DNA of 64,000 bases from Parcubacteria group bacterium. Its GTDB lineage: Bacteria > Patescibacteriota > Minisyncoccia > Moranbacterales > UBA9337. Positions within the stretch are counted from its first letter, which is position 1. Each line of letters opens with the position of its first letter. Location: assembly GCA_041662245.1 (NCBI GenBank), contig JBAZSW010000002.1, forward strand, positions 89,017 through 153,016, written 5' to 3'. The notes beneath the pieces were generated by a model. The model ran no database searches. It saw only the letters and a program-made list of their open reading frames with translations, and had not been told where the DNA came from. This document shows positions 11,001 through 19,300 of this stretch, one piece after another. Both the position numbers and the translations under genes were made by a program.

Positions 11001-12540
11001 TTCATATCGAAGTGGCCTTGCGACAACTGCTGCTTTTGCGGATGTGGGCAACAAAGATTTTCATCTCGCCAATTCCGACACCGCCGCGCAAGGCAAGGGG
11101 GTGAATCTGACAACTGACACCAATTTACCTTTCAACGTTGACATTGATAGCGAGCAGCGCGGAACCTATTGGTCGATCGGGGCGGACGAGCCAATCGGAG
11201 TCAACGTGCAAACACCACCAGCAACTAGTCCTAACCTCGGCATCAATTCTGGCCTCGTCGGTTATTGGTCGATGGATGGTCAGACAATCTCCGGCACGAC
11301 CGTGAAAGATTTATCCGGCAACAATAATAACGGCACCAACAATGGTGCGGCGCAAGCGGTCGGCAAAAGAGGACAAGCGTTATCGTTCAATGGGACGAGT
11401 GATTATTTGGATGTGGGGAGTATTGCTATGGCAGACAATACTTCTTGGGCGGTTTCTACATGGTTTTATCCCACAGGTTCGAGCTATCAAGCCCTAGTCG
11501 GGAATACATATACTAGTAGTAGCTATGGAAGAATTCAGATAAGATACAACGATTTGTACATGTTTTATAATGATGCCAATGGTGGCATAAATTGGAATGT
11601 TGGAAGCGGAATGCCTTCAAATACTTGGCATCATGCAATTATAATTTGCAATGGAACAGATTCGAATAATCTAGAATTATATTTGGATGGTGTTTCTCTG
11701 GGCTATAAGACTTTGGCAGATTCTGGTTGGACTGCTAAATATTTGGGAAAATCAGGAAGTAGTAGCTATTGGAGCGGAGCTATGGACGAAGTTCGCGTCT
11801 ATAACCGCGCAATTTCAGCGGATGAAGTCGGACAGCTTTATCGGACGGGAGAAGAAAAATTGCAAACTTCGCAGACAGACAAAATGACCAATGGCTTGGT
11901 GGGGATGTGGAGTTTTGATGGGGCGGACATTTCCGGTACGACCGCCTATGACCGCAGCGGACAAGGCAACAATGGAACGATCAATGGTGTCACGCCGGCG
12001 ATTGGAAAGCGTGGCCAGGCTTTGAATTTCAATGGGACAAGTGATTATGTCAATATTAGTAGCACCCCGACTATCCTCGAAGGGAAAACGGCCTTTACGA
12101 TAAACTTTTGGGCCAAGAGCAGTGTGGCCTTGCCGGTATCGAAAGGAATATTTTCTAACATGGTAAATACTAATCAGCTTGTATCCGATTGTTCTGTTCT
12201 GGCAAATGATAATTATTTATTTAGAGTTTATGACGACACGGGAGTATCAAGTAGTTTTCAATTAGATGGGAGTGATATTTTTCCGGATACCAATTGGCAT
12301 TACATTTCTAATGTTTTTAGCAATGGATTAGCTTCTGTCTATGTCGATGGAGTGTATAAAGGCATATCTTCAACGACTATCGGAGCCAGTCGGAGTGGCG
12401 GTGTTACAAAAGCTTTTCGTTTAGGGAATGGCCAAGGTTATTGGAACGGAGCGCTTGATGAATTTCGCATCTATGACCGCGCGCTTTCTGCAGATGAAAT
12501 TAAAAATTTGTATGATATGGGACAGGCGGCGGTGAAATAG
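5008..12540 (+). CDS. Giant secreted modular protein 1 (2510 aa): signal peptide, 5 scaffold/beta-helix modules, 2 C-terminal LamG-like domains
   Basis: Signal peptide MSKFQKL...ASA. Modules end in FHL...TDIDG..R..WDIGADE (choice-of-anchor-Q-like); YNNT/KNNI beta-helix motifs; GLVGYWSMD...DLSGNNNNGT and G.(M/L)DE.R.Y.RA(I/L)S LamG motifs from ~11250. Confidence 0.85.
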   Translation: MSKFQKLILIFFFILIGLSSATFASAAGNVYYSVGQSTANLMTGAPNVAITSGVATFDVAQTANIGVGDVIVANAISYYIASKTSTTVWNVVTNTGATPTDITSTAVTSVKHVYTSLNSAVTGASTLLGSSDLTTADVVLNIPCYYDSAADTTAVTVSGYTTDATRYIKIYTPSNTTTEANNSQRHSGKWDATKYQLAVSGNSALYTSVSYTYIQGLQVALDISVSSTNIAGIFSVSTYVKITGNIVKANNTGVPSYYKQGIRVTTVGTGVGVWNNIIYGFQYSGLTYYGGISANSAGAYVYNNTVYNNGGGIYIAANTFAKNNISYNNSLDYYVGAGAFDASSTGNLSKDASAPALNTYYRNKTLTFVSTISGGEDFHLVPADTDAINKGADLSGDANLPFTTDIDGAPRNASINAWDIGADEAATQIFRSVAPSATAVLESDTSHARTVTLTSGVATFSNALSDTIGVGDAVLIDTGGTDQAIDASDTLLFISGRNSSTSYNLQTNNGSVPSNIASNDTYQIYRAYTSIANAEEGTKNTSIPIAFNGGNRNIFTNNEQWNIACYANGTTADARAVVSGWTTGTNNYIKIYTPVNLTEVGTSQRHAGKWDDSKYKMEINANFYIYAANTRFDGIQIKGSGSEDVISYDNFNSSGGEQVVSNSIIRGGTRGIAGVRANTKIRIYNNIIYTMANAGLYPCPTDSFCYMYNNTLYNTGTYGIYTNGGTAIAKNNIVYGAGNFNTYAGTFSVGTDNNATDSTDAIGQGSNNRISQTFSFVSTVSGSEDFHLQSTDAGARNYGADMSADVNFAFATDIDGASRNASINAWDIGADETATQIFRSVGPSATAVLESDTSHARTVTLTSGVATFSNALSDTIGVGDAVIIDTGGTDQTIDASDTILFISSRNSATSYQLQANNGSVPSNITINDTYQIYRAYTSLSLAEAGTKNASIPMTFNGGDRDLVANNEQWNLACYANGTTADTTAVTVSGWITAQQDFIKIYTPVTTTEVGTSQRHNGKWDDGKYRLEYTGSFATTLDSAVMDIWVDGLQIKRVTTQNYGNIIALRVISRSKVSNNIVNFVDTYTNSTKAISNVSSDGSPSYFWNNIMYGTSLDYGYYQADAYGYVYNNTVSGAGDVGYFSGFQLRMFVKNNIAQNCVDGFLASSGNFGVGSDYNISDLSADAPGANSKNSTTVAFADSANKDFHLAPTDTAAKNSGVDLSTDANLPITTDIDGQTRSATPSWDIGADEAANAVYYSVGQSTADLKTGTPNVAITSGVATFDAAQTGNIGVGDVMIANAISYYISSKTSTTVWNVVTNTGATPANITSTAVTSIKHVYTSLNSSASGAGTLLGTTDLYTNNYQINLPCYYDSAADTAAVTVSGYTTAVPNYIKIYTPNNTSTEANNSQRHGEKYDITKYRLEVTDANGLALTGVDTKIIGLQIKLTATTSWRSAIAHGINYRGNIEIANNIIKGVLTGNITDFGLWIKRNNVNTKIYNNVIYGFKSDLTASCAGMWFGFEGGVGSSIKNVFNNTFYGNYYGLNSMDGGVTVVAKNNISYNNPYKDYNGTFDASSTNNISKDTTAPPYNTYYTNKTLSFVSTISGAEDFHLAFTDTDALNKGVDLSADTSFAFTTDIDGQTRNQNSLGWDIGVDEAATQIFYSVGQNTSDHKTGLPTVTVSGTTATFSVAQTATNMGVGDLVTYTGGICYLSAKTSTTVWSCISATGGTPTAATNATVTSIAHAFASLSAAMSGSGPGASNSSHLNTTNLVTNNYQLNIPCYYDSGADTTRGNVYGFTTGANNYIRLYTPNNVAAEVNLSQRHQGKWDDAKYRFEYTATGSSDYALYIQEPYIKIDGLQIKSSDGGYGYSAGIGINSVYSITSSNLEISNNIIKAGTLTNATVAAAGIGNYSGGKSLIYNNVIYGFNVDGSSTKGRGLHIRGSAYVYNNTFYDCYHGIYNYDGTAYAKNNIVQSATDGYAGSFTSSDYNISNLAADAPSASYRSGLATTAAFADVGNKDFHLANSDTAAQGKGVNLTTDTNLPFNVDIDSEQRGTYWSIGADEPIGVNVQTPPATSPNLGINSGLVGYWSMDGQTISGTTVKDLSGNNNNGTNNGAAQAVGKRGQALSFNGTSDYLDVGSIAMADNTSWAVSTWFYPTGSSYQALVGNTYTSSSYGRIQIRYNDLYMFYNDANGGINWNVGSGMPSNTWHHAIIICNGTDSNNLELYLDGVSLGYKTLADSGWTAKYLGKSGSSSYWSGAMDEVRVYNRAISADEVGQLYRTGEEKLQTSQTDKMTNGLVGMWSFDGADISGTTAYDRSGQGNNGTINGVTPAIGKRGQALNFNGTSDYVNISSTPTILEGKTAFTINFWAKSSVALPVSKGIFSNMVNTNQLVSDCSVLANDNYLFRVYDDTGVSSSFQLDGSDIFPDTNWHYISNVFSNGLASVYVDGVYKGISSTTIGASRSGGVTKAFRLGNGQGYWNGALDEFRIYDRALSADEIKNLYDMGQAAVK

Positions 12541-12570
12541 AATGGACATTCGATGTCGAAAATCTTTTTA

Positions 12571-13055
12571 TGGTATAATGGGGGAAGAGAGGAGGATTTG
12601 AAATAAATTTCGAATTTTGAATTTCGAATTTTGAATCAATTTCGAATGAATAAATGATAAGAAATGTTTCCTCTTGTCATTTCGACCGAATAAATATTTG
12701 TACTCAAATATTTAGAAGTGGAGACCTGCCTGCCGGCAGACAGGAATCTTAGATGAATCAGAGATATAAGATGAATTTCGAATTTTGAATTTTGAATTTC
12801 GAATCAATTTCTAATTATCTAATGTTTCAAAATTAAAACATTAAGATTTGAATCAAAATTTTAAATTTCAAATTTAAAGTTTAAAATGAATAAAAAAATA
12901 TTAAATGATTAAAACAGATACGAAATATAATAAGAAAAAGATTGAAATTAAAATTTATTCATTTAAAATTGATTTCAAATTTCAAATTTAGCCTTTAAAA
13001 TTAGAGCTATATTTACAAAAATTAAAAATTCTAAAAATTACAAAATTAAAGTTAT
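12571..13055 (+). repeat. Composite nested-hairpin intergenic repeat
   Basis: Contains the TGGTATAATG head, the TGTCATTTCGACCGAA...GTGGAGA element with a CCTGCCTGCCGGCAGACAGG insert, and the AT-rich core repeat. Confidence 0.85.
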
Positions 13056-13128
13056 GAAGATGTTGCTATTGACTAATGTCATAATTTAGTATAAAATTGA
13101 TATTATAATATCATAATTAAATAAAAAT

Positions 13129-14262
13129 ATGTCATTTTATCCGAGAATAATTAAAGAAAGTATTGAAAAAAGCCTTTTTAAGGGTAAGGTTATTATTATT
13201 TATGGTGCTAGGCAAGTCGGAAAAACTACATTATCCAAGGAAATCCTGAAAAAATATGAAGGCAAAAGCACTTTTTTTAACTGTGAACTTTTGTCAGTCA
13301 AACAAAGTTTGGAAGTCCAAGAAGCCGCATCCTTAAAAGATTTTTTGGGAGATAATAGGCTGATCGTTTTGGATGAAGCGCAAAATGTTGCAAATGTAGG
13401 TCGGATTCTAAAAATAATGGTTGACACTTATCCCGAAATTCAAATAATCGCGACAGGATCTTCAAGCTTTGATCTGGCCAATAAAACCAGTGAACCTTTG
13501 ACCGGTAGAGCCATTCGTTTCACGCTCAGCCCATTGTCATTGGAAGAAATAAAAAACAAGACTAACGCAGTAGAATTGAATGCCCAGTTGGAAAACATTA
13601 TGCGATTTGGGACATATCCGGAGGTCTTTTTTTCGGCGGAAGAAAGTGCCAAGGATAAGCTGGATGAAATTGTTTCCAATTATCTGTATAAAGATGTCTT
13701 GATGCTGGATGGCATAAAAAAACCGGCAATTATCATAAAACTTCTCCAATTGTTGGCACTACAACTTGGCAATGAAGTTTCCTACAATGAATTGGCAACT
13801 TCGCTAGGGATAAATAGGCTCACCGTGGAAAAATATATCGATTTATTGGAAAAATGTTTTGTTATTTTTACCTTGAGAGCTTTGAGTCGCAATATGAGAA
13901 AAGAAATTTCGAAATCCGTGAAAATATATTTTTATGATTTGGGCATTAGGAACAGCTTGATACAGAATTATAATCTGTTGGAGATGCGCAATGATATCGG
14001 TGCTCTGTGGGAAAATTTGATGATTGTGGAAAAAATAAAGAAGAATAGTTATCATAAGATCTATGCTAATCTTTATTTCTGGCGCACTTATGACCAGAAA
14101 GAAATAGATTTAATAGAGGAACGGGACGGAAAATTTTTTGCCTATGAATTTAAGTGGAAAAAAGATAAGACTAAAGAGCCAAGGGACTTTTTGAGCAATT
14201 ATGCTAATTCTGAATTTGAAGTTGTTAACAGAGAAAATTATGGGAAGTTTTTGTTTGAGTGA
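13129..14262 (+). CDS. AAA+ ATPase (AAA_14 + DUF4143 type)
   Basis: GARQVGKT, IVLDEAQ, ATGSSS, EPLTGR, YFYDLGIRN, GALWEN, YFWRT..QKEIDL...YEFK. Confidence 0.9.
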   Translation: MSFYPRIIKESIEKSLFKGKVIIIYGARQVGKTTLSKEILKKYEGKSTFFNCELLSVKQSLEVQEAASLKDFLGDNRLIVLDEAQNVANVGRILKIMVDTYPEIQIIATGSSSFDLANKTSEPLTGRAIRFTLSPLSLEEIKNKTNAVELNAQLENIMRFGTYPEVFFSAEESAKDKLDEIVSNYLYKDVLMLDGIKKPAIIIKLLQLLALQLGNEVSYNELATSLGINRLTVEKYIDLLEKCFVIFTLRALSRNMRKEISKSVKIYFYDLGIRNSLIQNYNLLEMRNDIGALWENLMIVEKIKKNSYHKIYANLYFWRTYDQKEIDLIEERDGKFFAYEFKWKKDKTKEPRDFLSNYANSEFEVVNRENYGKFLFE

Positions 14263-14341
14263 TGAGATAAGTTTTAAATTTAAAGTTTAAAATGAATATA
14301 AAAATATTAAATGATTAAAACAGATACAAAATATTTCCCCA

Positions 14342-14711
14342 TGTCATTTCGACCGAATAAATATTTGTACTCAAATATTTAGAAGTGGAGAAATCTCAGA
14401 TGAATGATAAAATCTTAAGATAATTTTAAATTTCAAATTTAAAGTTTAAAATGAATATAAAAATATTAAATGATTAAAACAGATACGAAATATAATAAAA
14501 AAAAGATTGAAATTAAAATTTATTTATTTAAAATTGATTTCAAATTTCAAATTTAGTCTTTAAAACTAGAGCTATATTTACAAAAATTAAAAATTCTAAA
14601 AATTACAAAATTAAAGTTATAATGTCCAAATTTCAAAAACTATTATTAATCCTAGTATTTACGATAATCGGACTTTCTTCCGCAACTTTCGCGTCGGCAG
14701 CATCTAATGTA
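14342..14711 (+). repeat. ~370-bp direct repeat flanking ATPase 3, left copy (right copy 16073-16453)
   Basis: Both copies run from TGTCATTTCGACC through the AT core into the first ~30 codons of a giant-protein gene. Confidence 0.85.
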
Positions 14712-14714
14712 TAA
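14622..14714 (+). pseudogene. Orphan 30-codon signal-peptide stub of a giant-protein gene
   Basis: Translates to MSKFQKLLLILVFTIIGLSSATFASAASNV*, identical to residues 1-30 of the 3186-aa protein. Confidence 0.85.
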
Positions 14715-14760
14715 TATATATGATACCCAAAGCAAGTTTGATTTTACAACTAAGCTGATA

Positions 14761-14797
14761 AGTACAGATTGACTTTTTTTTATTAAATCTGTACTAT
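14761..14797 (+). promoter_or_regulatory. sigma70 promoter of ATPase 3 overlapped by an inverted repeat
   Basis: TTGACT 14769-14774, 17-nt spacer, TACTAT 14792-14797. Inverted repeat AGTACAGATT (14761-14770) / AATCTGTACT (14786-14795). Confidence 0.65.
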
Positions 14798-14823
14798 AAA
14801 GACATAATCAATAAAAATACCGT

Positions 14824-15999
14824 ATGTATATAAAAAGACAAGCTGAAGATACAATTTTGAAACTATTGAAGAAATATCCCGCAGTCGCTCTTGTTGGTCC
14901 GCGACAATCTGGTAAATCAACTATTGCCAAAAATATATTGAAAAATTATCCTTATTACTCGCTAGAGGACTTGGATGAGCGTGAATTTGCTACTTCTGAT
15001 CCACGTGGCTTTCTGGAGCGTTTTAAAAATGGCGGAATAATAGATGAAATTCAAAAAGTGCCAGAATTAATCTCGTATCTGCAATCATTTTTGGATAATA
15101 AAAAAAATAAAAGTCCTATTATTTTGACTGGATCAGCCCAATTGACATTGTTGTCCAATATCAGTCAAACTTTGTCTGGCAGGGTGGCTATAATTGAATT
15201 GTTGCCTTTGGCTTATGTTGAAATAAAAAAAATGTCAGTGGCTCCGAAGTCATTAGAAAAATTATTTCATACAGGCTTATATCCAAAATTATATAAAGAA
15301 AAGATTAATCCTAATGATTGGTATTACGATTATGTTAAAACATACCTGGAAAGAGATGTCAGAGATATTTTGAAAGTGCATAATCTTGGAACATTTCAAA
15401 AATTTCTTAAAATGTGCGCTTCACGTGCCGGACAAATTTTGAATTTTTCATCACTGGCCAATGATTGTGGCATATCTCATTCTACTGCTGAGTCGTGGTT
15501 CAATATTCTTGAAGCGACATATATTGTAATTCGCATCCAACCGCATCATCAAAATTTTTCCAAGAGATTAATCAAATCGCCTAAACTGTATTTTTATGAT
15601 ACCGGTCTTTTGTGTTTTCTTTTGGGGATCAGTTCGGCTGATGACTTAAAAACTCATTCTTTTCGTGGAGCGATAATGGAGAATTGGGTGGCGAATGAAA
15701 TTGTAAAATCGAAATGTAACGCTCACAAACCAAATGGCATATATTTTTGGCGTGACAATAAGGGTATTGAGATTGATTTTGTAATGGAGCAAGGAACGAA
15801 ATTATATCCAATTGAAGTCAAATCAGGCAAAACTATAAATACGGATTATTTCAAAAATATTTTATACTGGTCGAAATTGGCTGGAAACAAGGCCAAGAAT
15901 GGAGCAGTGGTTTATGCGGGAAATGAAAATCAAACCAGAACAGATTTTGAGATTTATGGATGGAAATCTATAGATAACTTAATTGAGAGGATGATTTAG
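14824..15999 (+). CDS. AAA+ ATPase (AAA_14 + DUF4143 type)
   Basis: GPRQSGKS, IIDEIQ, ILTGS, TYLERDVR, KRLIKSPKLYFYDTGL, YFWRD..G.EIDF...PIEVK. Confidence 0.9.
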   Translation: MYIKRQAEDTILKLLKKYPAVALVGPRQSGKSTIAKNILKNYPYYSLEDLDEREFATSDPRGFLERFKNGGIIDEIQKVPELISYLQSFLDNKKNKSPIILTGSAQLTLLSNISQTLSGRVAIIELLPLAYVEIKKMSVAPKSLEKLFHTGLYPKLYKEKINPNDWYYDYVKTYLERDVRDILKVHNLGTFQKFLKMCASRAGQILNFSSLANDCGISHSTAESWFNILEATYIVIRIQPHHQNFSKRLIKSPKLYFYDTGLLCFLLGISSADDLKTHSFRGAIMENWVANEIVKSKCNAHKPNGIYFWRDNKGIEIDFVMEQGTKLYPIEVKSGKTINTDYFKNILYWSKLAGNKAKNGAVVYAGNENQTRTDFEIYGWKSIDNLIERMI

Positions 16000-16364
16000 G
16001 ATGAATTTCGAATTTTGAATTTCGAATTTTGAATCAATTTCAAATGAATAAATGATAAGAAATGTTTCCTCTTGTCATTTCGACCGAATAAATATTTGTA
16101 CTCAAATATTTAGAAGTGGAGACCTGCCTGCCGGCAGACAGGAATCTCAGATGAATGATAAAATCTTAAGATAAATTTTGAATTTTAAATTTAAAGTTTA
16201 AAATGAATATAAAAATATTAAATGATTAAAACAGATACGAAATATAATAAAAAAAAGATTGAAATTAAAATTTATTCATTTAAAATTGATTTCAAATTTC
16301 AAATTTAGCCTTTAAAATTAGAGCTATATTTACAAAAATTAAAAATTACAAAATTAAATTCATA

Positions 16365-19300
16365 ATGTCCAAATTTCAAAAACTATTATTAATCCTAGTA
16401 TTCACGATAATCGGACTTTCTTCCGCAACTTTCGCGTCGGCAGCTAGTAATGTTTATTACAGTGTCGGGCAATCCACGGCTGACCTCAAAAACGGCACGC
16501 CTAATGTTTCCATCACTTCTGGCGTGGCGACTTTGAGCGTGGCGCAGACGGGCAATATCGGAGTCGGGGATGTCATCGTAGCTAATGCGATCTCGTATTA
16601 CATTTCCAGCAGAAGTTCGCAAAGTGTTTGGAATGTGGTTACCAATACGGGAGCTACGCCGACCAACATCACTTCCACGGCGGTCACTTCCATCAAACAC
16701 GTCTATCCCTCGCTCAGTGCGGCGGTGACGGGGGCGAGCACTCTCTTGGGCAGTTCTAATTTGACGACGGCTGACGTAGTCTTAAACATTCTTTGCTATT
16801 ACGATTCCGGTGCCGACACGACCGCGGTCACCGTTAGCGGTTACACCACCGATGCGACAAGATATATCAAGATTTACACACCGAGTAACACTTCAACGGA
16901 AGCGAACAATTCGCAGCGGCATAGTGGGAAGTGGGATGCGAGCAAATATAGGTTGGAAGTTAGTGCAGCCACGGCACTGTCTAATAGTAATTTGTATACG
17001 GTTATTGAAGGTTTGCAGATATATGAAACTCCAAATGCTCACGATCAATCGGCGATATATTCCACGACCAGCAGTACGATCAAAGGCAATATTTGTAAAG
17101 GAGATGCGACTAACTCGACTTATCGACAACATGGGATAAACATACTTTCCACTAATGGAAATACCATATATATCGAAAATAATGTTGTGTATAATTTTTC
17201 AAGGATTTATTCTAGCGGGATACTGATGAACTCAGGGTATCCAATTTTTTATGCTTTGAATAATACGGTTTATAACAATTATAACGGTATATATAATAGT
17301 GGAGTAGATACGGCAAAATATATCAAGAACAATATCTCGATGGGAAGCAGCGGGTTCAATTTTGCGGGTACATTCGATTCGAATGCGAGCAATAATGTTT
17401 CATACGATGCCACAGCTCCCGGCACGGGTTCTCTGACCAATCAATCGTTGGCACAAGTCGCATTCATTTCAACCGTTTCTGGGAATGAAGATTTTCATCT
17501 CCAACCTAGTTCGGTAGCGAAGAATATTGGCGTGGATCTGTCGAGTTATTTCACCACTGACATTGATGGCGCTACCAGAAATACCGCCATCAATGCGTGG
17601 GACATCGGGGCGGATGAGGCGGCTACGCAGATTTTCCGTAGCGTCGGACCATCGGCTACGGCGGTTTTGGAAAGTGACACATCGCACGCTCGTACTGTAA
17701 CACTTACCAGCGGCGTGGCCACTTTCAGTGCGGCACTGGCCGACAACATCGGCGTAGGGGATGCTGTTTTGATTGACACCGGTGGCACAGATCAAACCAT
17801 TGATGCGTCAGACACGATATTATTCATCAGCAGCAGAAATAGTGCTACCAGTTACACCCTACAAGCTAATAATGGCTCTGTACCCAGCGACATCGCTGTT
17901 AATGATACATACAGCATTTATCGCGCTTACACTAGTTTAAGTTTAGCCGAAGCGGGGACGAAAAATACTTCTATTCCGATAACTTTCAATGGGGGCAATC
18001 GTGATTTAGCTACCAACAATGAGCAATGGAATTTGGCTTGTTATGCCAATGGAACGACGGCCGATACAACCGCAGCTAGGATTGACAGTTGGACGACCGA
18101 CACTACGCGTTTCATCAAAATTTATACTCCCGTAACCACCGCTGAAGTGGGTATTTCCCAACGGCACAGCGGGAAATGGGATACGAGCAAATATCGCTTA
18201 GAAACGGGAACGGGCGCTTCATCTCTTAGAGTAACTCAAAATTATACCGTGGTTCAAGGACTGCAGGTATATAATTCTAGCACGGTTAATGAAGAAAATG
18301 GGATATCCCTAGATGCCTATCGCAATCATATGACGGCTAGAGATAATATTGTAAAGGGTGGATATACAGGAATAAGTACTGGTTCACAATCTTCGTCAGA
18401 CGGAAATAATTATATCATAAATAATATTGTATATGGGGCATATAGAACAGGTATAAATGCAAATAATCCTGTTTCTACCAATCCTAATTTTGTTTATAAC
18501 AATTCAGTTTCGGGGTGCAATGTGGGAGTGGTTGAGTATGGGTATGGAATAACGGCTTCAGCGGAAGGTATAGTTGAAAATAACATCAGTATCAATCTTG
18601 GCGGTTATGGTACTTATAAAAAAGATTTTGCCGCTACAATACAAAGCTATAACATTTCCCAAGACACTTCCGCGACGGGCACAGGATCTTTGACCGGCAA
18701 GACCAACACAGATGTAAAATTTGTGAGCATCATCTCTGGTGCAGAAGAGTTGCATTTGCAAGCCGGTTCGGTAGCAAAAAACGTCGGTGCCGACCTGTCC
18801 GGCACTTTCACCACCGACATCGACGGTCAGACTAGAAGTGCGAGCCTGGGGTGGGACATCGGGGCGGATGAAGCGGCCAATGCGGTGTATTATAGTGTCG
18901 GACAATCCACGGCCAACCTTATGACAGGGACGCCGAACGTCGCCATCACTGCAGGCGTCGCCACTTTTGATGTGGCGCAAACTGGAAACATCGGGGTGGG
19001 GGACGTGATTGTGGCTAATGCGATCTCCTATTACATCGCCTCCAAAACTTCGACCACTGTTTGGAATGTGGTGACGGTGACAGGCGCCACGCCGACTGAC
19101 ATCACTTCCACCGCCGTCACTTCCATTAAACATGTTTACACTTCACTTAACTCGGCGGCTGCAGGCGCAGGCACGCTTTTGGGCACAACTGATTTATATA
19201 CCAATAATTATCAAATTAACATCCCGTGCTATTACGACTCTGCCGCCGACACGACCGCCGTGACTATTAGCGGTTATACCACCGCTATGCCCAATTATAT

